Shown here piece by piece: positions 13,595 through 27,231 of a stretch of 64,000 bases of DNA. A program made the translations under genes and the position numbers. Source of the stretch: Podarcis gaigeae (taxonomy: Eukaryota); assembly GCA_964106915.2 (NCBI GenBank), contig OZ066927.1, one strand, 5' to 3'. How positions within the stretch are numbered: the first letter of the stretch is position 1; the number at the start of each line of letters is the position of its first letter. The notes under the pieces are model-generated. The model searched no databases and was not told where the DNA came from. It was given only the letters and a program-made list of their open reading frames with translations.

Positions 13595-16500
13595 GTGAGT
13601 TTGTGTCTTCTAATTACTACAGCTGGGGGGAATGCCGTAAAATTAAATTGGAAATTTTATAACTTGCAACGCTCTGGTAGCAGTCAGTGAAATATTATTG
13701 CAAGTTTTAAGAGCTTCACAGATTAAGTGACTAGTTAAGACTGTTGGAAATATCCTGGTTTAGCTTTGCAGGCTGAAAGTTGAGCTGAGCTCAGCCCTTC
13801 TCCACTGGTCCCTGCCCAACGCCTGGCCTCATCTAGATCTCTGAACTTAAAGAGATTTATAATGCAATGGAAAACAAAGTACTCAGAATGCCTTCTGCTG
13901 CTCAGAGCTTCCTTCTCTACAGCTGCGCAGACAGTGGGTCCCCTCCCTCCCTTCTCTCTAGCTTTTTATTGTGGCAAAATCCAATTTAAGACTCTCTTTT
14001 TTCCCCTTGGATCGTTTAATGTCTTTAATTGAGGGGCGTTGGATATCTTGGTTGTTATGAACCCATCTAGTTGGTTTTAATTCTCTAGAATTCACTCTGA
14101 AAGGAAACTGCCACCCCACCCCATTCTTCTGCCCCTCCAACTACTGTACCCTTGCATTGTTGCATTGTTGAAGACCTTTTGATAATGCTGCAATGCAGTA
14201 AAGCTCATTTATGGCAGGGTGCGTTTGGATGCTCCTTGGATCATTTTGAACTCACTGAGCCTCAGCTGTAAGTTGGTGATCTTGGCTATATCATCAACTA
14301 CAGTCCTTTGTCCCTTCCCCATTTTGTTTGTTTGTTTTTAATATTAAAAAACACTTTCCCTGCAAGATCACTGCTGCTGGGTAATTATTTGTACTATAAA
14401 ACTATGATGCCTCACCATACGAGAACAGTAATCGCAACATGCAAATTTGTTGGCTCTTAAATTTTGACCTATTATAAACATATTCTTTCAGTTTAGCCAA
14501 TCCATTCTTTTCATACAGTTAAGTCATCCCTTAGTTCAGTCCAAACAGCCTCCAGTTTATCAGCCTCAGTCTCGCAAAGCATTTCGGTGCACAGTGACCT
14601 TAAGGATGTTACCGACACCAGTGGGCTTCTCACCATCATAAAAGTAGGCAAAAGTGTATGTTCACATGTATATATATTTGGAGGACAAAGGGTGAATGTT
14701 GAATACCTTGCACAAGCGGGAGTGGATTCTTTGTAATACAGGCACAGTCCATTGTACTGAAGTTTTAATTGCATATTTCAATCAGGCGTACTTAAGGGTG
14801 AGAATTGTGGAGGTGGGCAGCAGTCTTCAGCTCCATATATGGAAATACATCATTAGCAGTTAATCTGCAGCACAGAGGCCCACAAAGTAAGAGGTTTGAA
14901 AAGCAGATAGACCCAGTTTTCTTTGAAGCTGGGGGTGGGGGGTGGAATCCATAAAACCTAGCAGCTAGTTCTGCATGCCTGAAAGGACTTTGGGTGTGGA
15001 TTTCTCAGACAACAGCCCCTGATACCACAGGACAAAGCACTTTGGAAAGTTTGGAAACTTTCAAAGGTGTGTTGTGATATGAGGGCTGCTGTTCTAAAGA
15101 AAAATGTAAAACAACGACGCAGAAGGTTATAGTATCCAGCCAACTCACCCACTCAGATCAGCAGACTTATGTCTCGCATGACCGTGGCCATGACAGTGGG
15201 GATGTTTAGACCAGGGGTCGGCAAGGTTTACCTTGCTTGAGCCGGTTCACTGCTTGTGGTCCATGACCCCTGGTTTAGACTTTATGACACTAAGTTCTTC
15301 CCAGTGCAGTTCTAAGGTTGAAATGGGTAGGAGTTGGAGATGAGTTTGTGCACTTCTATTCATTCCTTCTAAACTCTGAGGGCTGGCCACTCCTCTGAGG
15401 AAGACCACATGGCCATGGCCATGGCCATTGCATGCACACACACATGCAGACAGGCGGGCAGACACACTCACACTCACACGCACATTCAGGCAGCTGGCAA
15501 ACACACTCACACTCAGTTAGTAGTTGGGAGGGGCAGCATACAGATAGGCAGACACACACATGCTTAGCAGACCAGTGGGGAAAAGCAGGCAGGGAGATGT
15601 ATGCACACACCTTAATGCAGACAGGTGAACAGCAGACTTTCCAGCATTTTTGCTCCCCATGGCAGCCCTGAGGAAGGAGGCTGTTCTCCTGCCCTAACAC
15701 TATAATGTGTGGGGATGGTGACCGCAAATCAATTCAAGGCTCTTTCTATGTTGCAAAGGAGCCTCTTCTCTATCAAGTGCAGTGTTATTGCAAGGTCTTA
15801 GGGGTTCTGAAAAAGAAAGTTTCCGTCATGTTCTCTGAGCTCTAAGACACACCAATGGGAGAAAGGGTGCCCCTTTGCAGGGCAAATAGAGGCAAAGGGG
15901 CCCATTTTTTGGAGAACTGATAGGGCCCCTACAGCACCATATCAGGAACACGATAGCACCACAGTGGGGGACAACTACAGACTTTGAAATAATTTTTTAA
16001 TTCCAAATTATGGGGAACTTAGCCAACAAAAAAGTCTTGGCATGGTGGATCTGGGCTACGGGTTACCCACCCCTGCTCTGAAAGGAAGTTTTAGAAGAGA
16101 TGAATCTCTTCTGTGGACAGCAGGATTCCTAAATGCTAGATTCCTATATCAAAGTTTTAAAAATCTAGTAAAGTCTTAGGGCTCTTCTCACATTACGTAG
16201 AGACAATCCGCGCTTGCCAATTCAGCTCACCATTAAGAGGAAACTGCAGCTCAGCACCGTTCCTTGATAAATGTGGTGGCACATACAGGCACCCCCCCAC
16301 ACACACACACACTTGCAAGCGATCGACTCACATGCTTCTATGTATACGCATGGCACCGGAAAATAATTAAGTAATGCAATACTAACATGAAATGGCAGGA
16401 GAGAGCTGGGAGGTCCTCGTGGCTCACAAGGAGAACCTCCCCAGAACCCAAAGTCCAGGGAAAAAAGACTCCAAAATGGCATGTGGGAACTCTCGGTGCT

Positions 16501-17323
16501 GCTGCGCTACTCCTCTCAACAGCTGTTGGGTGGGAAGCTGTATTGCAGTGGGCTCCCCTCTAACACACATTTCTGCACAGGGGCCCAGAATGTAACCCCT
16601 GCTCCTAGCGTAAGTGGGGAGTCTCCTGTATTTGTAAGCACAATATTTGTGACCTTCATATGTCACATTTTCTTGCATGTACAGCTAAAACTGTAACGTG
16701 CGAAGCAGCCATGACTTGTATCTTCCAATGTGTTTCTAAGTAGTTGTCCTCCTTCTGTATTTGACCAGGATTATAATTACAATAAGAACTTTGTGAGGCT
16801 AATGAAAAGGTGTTTATCCCACAGAACGGCATGTGATCTGCAAAGGTGTTTTGTAACTTGAGAGTGTTTTGTTCTGAAAGAACCGTTTAAGATGCTGCTC
16901 CTCATAAAGTGAAATATTGCCCAGCTGTGGGAGTGGGTCTTCTTCATTTTTTTGTATTGATTTCTCCCCCCTGACGCAGTAGAGTCAACCCGTGCCAGAA
17001 GTGTTGAGATGAATCACCGTTATCCAAAGGCCGCAAGCCTCTCTTCCAAGTGACAGAAGGAGAATTCCGTGTGGATCAAATAAATACAGATGTGTAGTAA
17101 TTAGTTCTATTCCCAGCGAGCCCATTTCCGACACACTAAAGATGTGAGCGATTATGGAGCCTCACCCCAACAGCTTTTATCAATTTAAACTGCTACGCTA
17201 CAGGATAGGTCATAACCCAGCCTGCTATTAATAATGTATTTATTGCACTCAACATTATAAATTAGCTCCGCGGAAGAAAGCGAAGGAGCACCTCTTAACG
17301 AGACTAATGTGATCTTCATACAG

Positions 17324-17596
17324 AACCGCCCCATGTCCCTGGCCACCTTCTTGAAGTACAGCCCCAAGACCATCAAAAGGATCAAGAAGCTGATCCAGGG
17401 CACAGACGCCTACATTGTCGGAGGGCTTCTAAGCCAAGATGACCTGGCAGTGGCTGATGAGCTGGATGTGCCCATTTTAGGTCCCACCCCGGAAGTAGCT
17501 CAGCTCTACAGTTCCAAGTCAGGAAGCAAAAGGGTGTTTGCAGCTGCTTGTGTGCCAGTACCCCCAGGGCATTATGACATCTACAGCAGGCAGCAG
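17324..17596 (+). CDS. IQCH: IQCH coding exon 5 (273 nt)
   Basis: Acceptor ttcatacag|, peptide [24 protein letters not shown]...[28 protein letters not shown], donor CAG|gtaaga, phase 0 to 0. Confidence 0.96.
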
Positions 17597-17827
17597 GTAA
17601 GACTGGTGGCAGTTTGGGGGACTAGGAGAACCTGGGCCATTCAAACATCTGGTTGTCCCCAGTCAAATCTTACTTTGAAGGTGAAGTCTTCACTCACATC
17701 AAGGGATCATAAGGACTGAGTCCTGGAAACTGTTTTCAGTGCCAGGGACCAGCCCTAGGATTTATGAGTGGGATATTAATGTCTTTGCCAGTGAGCTTTA
17801 TTTTATTTATACCCTACCCTACCCTAT

Positions 17828-18140
17828 CCATTTATATCCCACCTTTCCTCTATGGAGCTCAGGGTAGCATAAATGGTTCTCCTCCTCCCTATTTTATTCT
17901 CACAACCGCCATGTGAGGTAGGTTATCATTTTATTTGTTTGTTTGTTTGTTTGTTTATTACCTGCCCTTCACCGTATGATTACACTGAGAAGCCCATGGT
18001 CACCCAATGAGCTTCATGACTGAGTGGAGGTTTGAACCCCTGGTCTCCTAGATCCTAGTCTGACACTTTAACCACTGCACCACATTGCTCCTTATGGCTG
18101 AATGGAGATTTGAACTCTGGTCTTGCTGGCCCACATCTAA
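17828..18140 (-). mobile_element. MIR/CORE-like tRNA SINE(s)
   Basis: The minus strand reads tggtgcagtggttaaagtgtcagactaggatctaggagaccaggggttcaaac...acctacctcacatggcggttgtgagaataaaa. Confidence 0.7.
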
Positions 18141-18948
18141 CCGTTGATACATTGCAACCCTTGAACCTCTCGCCCGACTTCAATGAGACCAGTCTGGTTT
18201 GTGAATTAGAGCCTGGCACCTTTTTATTGCTGAACACATTTATTTGGAAGTCACTTCTTTTGAAATTCACAGGACATTCTCTCAAGTATCTTTGCTTAGG
18301 ATTGGGGTGATTGTTGCCAATTGCTAGTGTTTGCATTAGCATCAGTCTGCACAACAGCTTTCAGTAAATTTCCTGAACTGTGCCCCAGCTCATACATATG
18401 AATAGGGTTGTGCTAACCAATTAAAACATAAGTGCCCCGGGTGGGGGGGGGCAGCTCCACATAACTAATCAGATGTTTGAGGCAATTACATGTGCGATTC
18501 CTCAACCTGCATGCGGGGAAGCTGCTTCAACCAAAACTGCTTCCACTATGCAGCTGCCTCTGTATGGTACCATTTTGATCAGTTTCCACAACATAGTTTG
18601 CCTTTGAGAACTGGGCCTCCAAAGAAAAGGTGCAGCCACTAAGAAGGTTTGCTCGCTTGCAGCTCCCATGTATTGAACCTCTTTCCCATTTTCTAGGGGA
18701 GAATTTCCCAGATGCCATGGCCAGGTTGGGCCGTGTGCAGCCATAGCTGAATCCAGTTATGGTCTGATTCAGGCTCAAACTGAAAGCAGGAGCCTGAGGT
18801 GCAGCAGAGAGCTTATGCTCTGTTGAACAGGCAACGCTAGATGAAAGGGATCTGAGCATTTTATGCCAGCCACCAGGCATACTCCTGCCTGTCAGTCTCA
18901 GAGATCAATGTTGCATATTCATCTTCTGTTTATAATTTGATGCATGTA

Positions 18949-19115
18949 TTTTTTTTTAAATAATATTTATTAACAGTTTAAACACTACAAAAGAAAGAAA
19001 ATTAAAACAAAACAATACAATACAAAAACAAAGACACCACATAACACTAACACTAAGACATTAAACTAACAAAACAAAACAAAAACAATTTAAAACACAT
19101 CCAATAATTTCAATA
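18949..19115 (-). mobile_element. 5'-truncated L1-type retroinsertion with an 11-bp TSD
   Basis: The minus strand is T/G-rich and ends in AATAAA plus poly(A). The TSD tgatgcatgta is at 18938-18948 and 19116-19126. Confidence 0.75.
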
Positions 19116-19405
19116 TGATGCATGTAAATTATCCCTGGACTAAAAGATTTTCCAGCTTTTGCATTGGTGGTGACAAGATTATTGGGTCAGGTCAGGTCTA
19201 TGGCCCTATCTAGCAGTCAAAGGCAAGACAATGTATTGGGATGTAGGATTACTCCCAGAATTCACCTGAGTTCACACCAATTAGCAAAGCCAAGTTAGCA
19301 AAGAGCTAAAGACAATGGGAACTCAGTAAATGCATACTGATGGAGCATATGAGTGTTCTGGGGCATCAACCATGATTGCTAAATAATTGCAAGCGAACCA
19401 TGCAT

Positions 19406-19532
19406 CAGGGATGGAGAATTTGTGGCTCTCCAGCTGTTGATGAACTACAGCATTTGCCAACATGGCCAGTGGTCAGGGATAATGGGAGCTGTAGTCCAAC
19501 AACCTCTGGTGACCACAGGCTTTCCATCCCTG
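19406..19532. mobile_element. hAT-type MITE
   Basis: TIRs cagggatggaga / tttccatccctg; degenerate 8-bp TSD ccatgcat / ttatgcat. Confidence 0.8.
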
Positions 19533-20102
19533 TTATGCATGGATGCAAATTGCACCACCAGATTACTTGGTAAACATGGATCAAATCTGATGCAAGCCAT
19601 TGTACTTTAATGTGGGGCCAGTTCATGGTGGCTTCCAAGTCTTCAAACACTCAGGAGTATCAGTAGCTATGAAATTTTATTTCAGCACTCACTCCTAATC
19701 ATGTAAACGTTCCCTAGACAGTTCTGAACACAGAAAGCTCCTTGGAAACAAGAACACTGCCTCTTTGTGTTGCAATTTGAAAATCGCACCCTGTTTTATA
19801 TCTTCCAAGGACAAGAATCAATAGTTCTTTGCTTGTCATTGATATGAATCATTATGATTTTGGGGAGGTTGTGATTACTCTTTGATTTATGAATGCTGCT
19901 GGTTTTCAGAAGAGCCATTTTAAACAATGGCTTGTAAATAACGAAAAATAACCAGATCTATTGCTTATTCCAGATGGCAGGCAGAGCACATCACCAGTGC
20001 TCAGAATGAGGCAATAATACCTTTTCTGTACTAAATGTTTCTTTCATCTTAATGCTGACTTAAGGTATCTGAGATACACATCAAATCTATTTGGTATACA
20101 CT

Positions 20103-20104
<2 letters not shown>

Positions 20105-20135
<31 letters not shown>
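20105..20135. repeat. (AC)n microsatellite
   Basis: Direct reading. Confidence 0.95.
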
Positions 20136-20138
<3 letters not shown>

Positions 20139-21261
20139 TAAGGAAACATAGAGGTGTGAAAAGTAGGACTGATCTGCCCAGAGAGGAGGATGTGTAGGCT
20201 CAGGTTGGGGTAGAATGAGAGGGCAATAAACAAGGCAGAGCTGAGGATGAGCAACCAAGGCAGGAAATGAAGCTGGAATTGGCTTGTCAACACTTAGAGG
20301 GACAAGTGCTCAAAGAGGTTGCATTTGTACCCTCATTGGGTGGGACATCGATGGCAGGTGGGGTACAATTCGTACCAGAATTGTAAGAATTCAGTTTGCT
20401 TACAGAGAAAACACCTGCACACTGACCATTTCATGGGGTCAGAGATCCTCAGCAGAGTGGCTGCATCCCTTAACCATGCGCTAAATGCAGAAGCAGATGG
20501 CAGAAGGTCAACTTGTAGCCAAAATGAACCACAACATTACAAATCTCACAGGCTTAGACTTGCCCCAAGTGTTGGCCTTAATATTGCTTCTCTATAAATG
20601 GTACCCTCCAAACCATCGTACACATTAGTTCCCCTTTTCAATTTGTTTCAGATTGTTTTTGTTACAGCAGGAAATATTGATGCGAGGCGTTAAATAATCA
20701 AAGGAAGATGACAATAATTTAAGGCACAATTCAATTTTCACTTAAATATACCTCATAACTCTTTCCGTTGGTGCAATCTTTACAATACTATCGATCCATT
20801 TCATTTCTGTAGGGGAGTCGTCAACAGAAAACCCATTTATTGGGCTTTCAAAAGCAACAAATAACGGGACACAGAGCAAACAAATAATAATTCCATTTGT
20901 GATTGAAGTTCAAATAATAAAAAGTGCTTTGGAATGGCTGTTGTAACAAATACTTCCTGAGCCATTCTATTCCGCAGTTACAGTCAAACCCACCAACAAT
21001 GAAGCCTCAAGATAGAAAAAGGTATTTTTAGAACCATCTAGTTTAAAAAAGGATAAATAATACAAAGCTCAAGCACAGTCTTTGTTGTCATTACACAAAT
21101 ACAGTGCTTTGTGGGTTTTTCCTCCTTGCTCAAACTGTCCCTGTAGTCTCACCTGCGTCTTATACATCTGTAAGAAAATGAGGCGATCAGTTTCAGGTAG
21201 AGAGTGGCTAAGATGACATCCATTTGGATTTAACTGAAAATCTTGTGTATATGTTTCCTAG

Positions 21262-21453
21262 ATGCTTGAAGTCATCAGTCAGCTGATAATTGACTACCCA
21301 GAAGTGAAACGCTGGGTGTTCAAAGTGGACAGCGACTTTGAGGGAAATGGCACAGCATTCTGTGACATCTCCGAGCACCTCAAATGCTACCCCTGGCTTC
21401 AGAGAGAGATTCGTAGATACGGCCCTGAGATATGGAAGTTGCAGTGGGCACAA
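21262..21453 (+). CDS. IQCH: IQCH coding exon 6 (192 nt)
   Basis: Acceptor gtttcctag|, peptide MLEVISQLIIDYPEVKRWVFKVDSDFEGNGTAFCDI...WKLQWAQ, donor CAA|gtaagt. Confidence 0.96.
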
Positions 21454-22439
21454 GTAAGTCCATCAGTCATTTTCAGGTGTCTTTCATTTTTGAAGTTTAC
21501 CCAGTGCCTCCTGGAGTTCATATTTTATGTGCAATAGGAGAAGCCGAGCTACTTTGAAGGTGTCAACATAGCATCAGAAGGTAGAGATACCTGGCACATT
21601 GCAGGTCTTAGGAGTTCCAAGGGGAGAGAGGCACCTATACTGTCCTTATGAAATAGGGAACGCTTGTTAAAAATTTGTTGCCAGTTAATTTGGGAGCATA
21701 GTTGCTTAGGACTTTAAAGGTAAAAGCTGGCATGGACAAGTTACTTTTTATCTTAGTAAAATCTTCACTGGGGTCATCTCAGTGTAGTATGTATTGTAAC
21801 ATGCCTTTGGGACAAGATGGAGGAGAAGTCTACACAAGACCAATCATTATTCATTTTATCAAAGACACCCATGAGTTACCTTCCTTCCCATCTGTTCTCT
21901 TAACTGAAGCACCTTAACCCATTTTATATTCTCTTTGTGAGAAAAGCATCCCGTTCTAGCCATGAACCACAGTGTGCAGTCACTGCCGTACTTTTACATT
22001 CTCTTTCTTTGAATTAGTGGCTGTTGCTACAGTCCAGATTGTCTCTGCAAAGCATATTTTCATTAGGCTTACCCCACCTTGTGTATATCTGGGGTGTTGC
22101 AGTGGTTTTCATACTCGTGGCTTCTTGAAACTAATCAGGCTTTAGAAGTTCTTTCTGTTCTGTGCTTTCTTGCCAAGCTTGGGCCAGAATAATCTCTTGC
22201 ATATTCTCACATAAAACCACAAGAACATAACAGGAGTTTGCTGGATCAGCCCAATGGCCCATCTATTCCAGCACCTTGTTCGCATGGTGGCAAGCCAAAA
22301 CTCTCCCTTCATGCCATTTTTTATTTAGTCTGGGTGCACTCCTGGATCCAACAATGCTACTGGAGGCTCAAGTAGTCTCCGTGACAAGGAGTGCCTGTTT
22401 CCAGCTGTGGCTGGTTTGACAGCTATGATTTCCTCTTGG

Positions 22440-23095
22440 ACAGAGATGACTTGGCCACTGAGCTCCATGCTTTGATAACTTCTAGATTGGATTATTGCAA
22501 TACGCTTGACATGGGGCTGCCATTGAAGATGATACAGAAGCTTCAACATGTGCAAAATTCCGCAGCCAGATTACTGGCCAGGGTTCCATTTAGAGCTCAT
22601 GTAATTCCTATTTTGAAACAGCTGCACTGCTTGCCAATTTAAGGGGCTCATATTGATGTTTACAGCCATGAACAACTTAGGCTCCAAATATCTAAAAGAC
22701 CACTACCTTCACTTCTTATGCTTTCAGGTGTTGAGATCAACAGAGGAGGCCCTCTTGGTAGATCCATTGCCCTCAGAAGTTTGGGGAATGGTAGCCTAGA
22801 AGAGGGCCTTCTCTGTGGCAGTCCCTACATTGTAGAACTCTGTTCTCACAGAGGTGTGTCTAATGTTTTCATCACATAGTTCTGTAGTATGCTGAAGACG
22901 ATACCTCTTTACCCTAGTCTTTGACAGTTAATTTTTCCCCTTTATCTTCTGTTTGGGTTAATCAATCTGATGATCCTTTTGCTTCAAATTATTTGTGTTT
23001 TTTAATAATTGTATACAAACTGTTTAGCTTCCTTTACTTTTCTTTTTAATTGTATTGCTGCAACCCACTTTGGGACTTTCTGGTGAAGGGCAGGT
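22440..23095 (+). mobile_element. Degraded L2 LINE 3' fragment
   Basis: [41 protein letters not shown]...[14 protein letters not shown]. Confidence 0.85.
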
Positions 23096-24145
23096 GAGAA
23101 CTATTTCATGTTGGTGTAATGAATTGCTTTGCTGAAAACTTATAGCCCCAAACTAAAATCATCCAGTTAAAATCCATTTAGGAACTGAGATGAAACAAAG
23201 GTTAAATAACTTGTTTCACCTTGATCTACAGGTCTCTGTGTATGATCAGATGCACTCACAGATCTTTTACAGGCTGTACAGGGGGCCCCATTCATTTCAA
23301 TGGGGCAATAATTTGCATCTTAGACTTCCAATTTGATTCCACCATTAGAATGAACGATGGGTGATTATAGGCAGGGTTATTGGCTTGCAAAACCAAGGTT
23401 CCATGCTCATAATCTATTGGGCTGTGGTGCCAGACAGGTGATTGAGTTACTGCAACTATGATGTAGTGCACTTGCGAGCATGCACATAACGGAAGGTGAG
23501 AGGGGGGAGGGTGCCAAATAAATACTTAGGGCACCAAATTTTGTCCTCACTCAAGGCACAATATTACCAAAGTTACCCCTGCTGCTGGATCAGGCTAGTA
23601 GCCCATCTAGTTCTAAGAGTAGCCACATGGATGCCTGCAAGCAGGACCTTAGTGCAACAGTGTCATCCCTTCCTGTAGTTTCCAAAATTAGTATTCAGAA
23701 GCATACTTGTTGCAACCTATTCATTTTGGCACTACACCCCAGTGTGAAGACCCTCCACACAGCACTTTTTATTGTGCATTTCTGATGATTTGTACTCAGA
23801 TGATGTTTCAGAGCAATTATGCACGATCCTCAATAATGTTCATATCATCAAAAGTTTCAATGTGGTCATACTGCTTTCCTGCTGAAATCCTATAACCTTT
23901 TTCTACCACAGTTTGTGGGGGGGGGGTTGGGAGGGGTTGTCCCACTTGTGTTGCTAGACACTGGCAGAAGAAGAGGAGGGGGGGGAGCGCACTGCCCCCA
24001 GCAGCGTGAGCTCTCCGCCCCCTGGTGCCAATGAAGTTCCGCCATTGTTGCTAGAGTGCTGCCATCAGCAACAAATAATGCAGTAACATTGGGGAGGCAT
24101 TGGGGAGCAGCTAATAAAGCTGAATGGTGTGTAGACGATCTAGTA

Positions 24146-24276
24146 CAGGCTTCCTCAACCTAGAACCTCAACCTGAAACTACAATTCCCATCATCCCTGA
24201 CCACTGGTCCTGCTAGCTAGGGATCATGGGAGTTGTAGGCCAAAAACATCTGGAGGGCCGAGGTTGAGGAAGCTTG
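24146..24276. mobile_element. hAT-type MITE with a perfect 8-bp TSD
   Basis: TIRs caggcttcctcaacct / aggttgaggaagcttg; TSD atctagta at 24138-24145 and 24277-24284. Confidence 0.9.
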
Positions 24277-25909
24277 ATCTAGTACAAACACACCACAAAA
24301 GCACTATTGTTGTGCATCAGTGCTGTGTTGCAGGATATGCCCACACCAAATACAACAGTCTGGAGTGAGCCTGAGTGCCCTGTTATGCTGCATTTGACCC
24401 ATTGGTGTTCTTCCCGTGAAGTGTCACAGTACACATATAATAGGGAAAAAGACTGCAAGCAATTTGATCAAACTCCTTAACAGCGTCTCCTCTCCCCGTT
24501 CCAAATAATATATCACCATTTCTCACCTTTTAGATCTCAGCCCTGGCTTTTCAACAGCACCAGTCTTTCATATTTAGAAACGAATTGCAGTCTCCATTGA
24601 ATGTTTCCACTGAGTGCAGAGGATTAGAATCCTCCTTTGTTACTGAATGCTCTTGTAATGCTCCTGCATTTAGACATCAAAGCATTAGTTTATGAGCACA
24701 GGCATGCTTTAATGTCCTATTACAGTATGGAGACCTGCTTTCGATAATGAAGACATTGTGTCATCGACTTAAGCTGCCACGTTACCAAACATATGCTGGC
24801 AGGTTATTAAAAAATTCAGCTTTGTGATGAAAGACTATCCTGCAGGCTAGGAGTACATGGCAAAAGACTCTCCATTCCGGTAGAGTTATTAGAAACGAGA
24901 ATATGACTCTAAGCACTAAATTATGTTAATACTTACAAATAGCATCATTTGCATAGCGGTTTATGATACGATCCCAAGGTTTTTCCTTCATTGGTATGTA
25001 GTAGGGCAACCGATTAAACATAATGTGGTTTACCGGAGTTTATACTGAGTGTCTATTCCATGTAAAAATGGAGTCCTAATTGTTGGATCCTCCAGACCAG
25101 AATGTTGACCATTCCATTCAGGACATACAGTCATCACAGTAATCTCCTCTGAAACTTTCTGTGAGTTCAAGAGAAATCCTGAGGATGTTAGTGGTTTAAG
25201 AGTTTATGTGGCAATTTGAATCATCTCAAGTCAACACCCTCCCCAATGCTTGTGCCCTCAGATCACACACATAACCAACCATTCTAAAGACTTACATGTA
25301 GGTAAAACACATCAATAATTTTCCTACCAACTACTGGTTGACTAACTTTTAGTTGAGCTATACATCTCCACCCCTTAAGCTCTCAAGTGGCATTAATGGA
25401 ATTGCCCATCACAAAACACCTGGACACAAGGAAGGTCATCCCATTTCTTGAAAAAACAACACAAAGCTATAGTCTGTGGAAAGCTGTGCATCTTTTGTCA
25501 CGGAAGATGTTTTGAGAAGAACCAGGAGCTGAAGAAACTGGCACCCCAACAGCAAATGTTTTAAAGAAGCAGCGAGGTGTGTTCTATGGGCATCACTTCC
25601 ATGCCCTGCTTGTTCCAAAGGGTCCATTGGACCATCTGCTTCTGGAAACAGAATGTTGACCAGATAGACCCTGGGCTCAGATTCAGCAAGACATTTCTTA
25701 AGTTTTTTTTATGGTGTTGAAAGTGCTTGTTATTTCATTATCAGGACCTAGATCATTAAAATATGCCTTGCAAACCTTTGTTGGACCACTTTTCAGGAAT
25801 ATGGGAGTTTCAGTGCTTGCATTCAACTACTCCACCCCTCAAGGGTAAGTTCATTAATTTAAATGCAAGAAGCAAACAACTGTGTGGTCCTACCCAACTT
25901 CCTGTGCTA

Positions 25910-26113
25910 GGGGAAGGGCTGCAGCTCTGTGGTAGCGGTAGAGCATCTGCTTTGCATGCAGAAGGTTCCAGCTTCAATCCTCAGCATCTCCAGGTAGGAC
26001 TGGGAGAGAATCCCTCTCTGAAATCCTGGCCAGCCACTTCAGGCCATTGTATAGAGTTCTGAGCTAGATGGACCAATGGTCTGACTCAGTGTAAGGCAGC
26101 TCGCCATGTTCCT
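25910..26113 (+). mobile_element. Squam3-like tRNA-derived SINE
   Basis: gtagagcatctgctttgcatgcagaaggttccagcttcaatcc head and gagctagatggaccaatggtctgactcagtgtaaggcagc...atgttcct tail; similar to copies at 45001 and 49604. Confidence 0.85.
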
Positions 26114-27099
26114 CTTGAGTAGGACTAATAACAAATAAGGGTGGGCTCCATATGGGCACTGGACTTGTGCCCTCAGCCATGGTCTGATAGAAGGAATGGG
26201 GACAAGTGTGGCCAGCAAGGACTTTTCAGCAGGGCTTCCACATGAACCCATAAACCAGCATCAGGGAAAACTGACTTACATCCTCCCTCCATTTCATAAA
26301 GTTGGTTCCTGAATTGCGTGCGTATACCCAACCCCTGGCCAGGAATGGGCTCAGGGAAAGGGGAGGAATGTGTTTTGGATCCCACCCACCCAGAGGCAGC
26401 ATTGTGGTTTATGTTTCTAGAGATGCTGCTGGTTTGTGACCCCCAGCTATCACAACAGAGTTTACGTAATAATTGTTACATGGGGAACACGGTCTTCCAG
26501 ACCGATTATGATCTGAAATAAAAGAAACGCCATTTGCAGCAGCAGTATTTTGATAGCTCTTTCCGAATGTCATGTAGCTTAATAGTGGATGTTAAAATTA
26601 TATTGGCTAGCAGAAGAGGTCTCCACTAGTCTCTAAACTATATAGCCATCGACGGGATATCAAGTTGTGTTTACCTATTACATCAGAGAACAAGCTGTGA
26701 TGCTCTTGCTCAGTCGGTTATTATATTTAATGTGGCTACCAGTGTTTGGGTTTCAGGTGATTCCCTGATTCCTTAATTGTTGTGTCTTGTTATTTTATTA
26801 TGTCCCTTGGTTAAATTCCTAGGACCTACAATAATCAGATATGCAATCTGTTGGTTTGCATGTCCTATTGATTTAATATTCTTCTAATCAGTACATAAAG
26901 CTATGGGCCTGCGGTGTTAATTTTTCATATGCTTACAAAGCACCCTTTGATTTTCTGTCACGCGTTAATTACAGCGTTTTGCCATTAAATAGGAAGCTTT
27001 GTGTAAACTAATTACTAGGTAATCATTGTCTACCGCGAGCCGTGCTGTTTGGTACCTTTTATTTTATTCGGGGAAAATGCACGGATCTCGCAGTCTGGA

Positions 27100-27231
27100 N
27101 NNNNNNNNNNNNNNNNNNNNNNNNNNNNNNNNNNNNNNNNNNNNNNNNNNNNNNNNNNNNNNNNNNNNNNNNNNNNNNNNNNNNNNNNNNNNNNNNNNNN
27201 NNNNNNNNNNNNNNNNNNNNNNNNNNNNNNN
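27100..27231. other. Assembly gap (132 N)
   Basis: Run of N. Confidence 1.

Noticed and set aside
15420-15640. CA-rich stretch giving His/Thr- or Cys/Val-rich ORFs
   Set aside because: Degenerate (CA)n low-complexity sequence.
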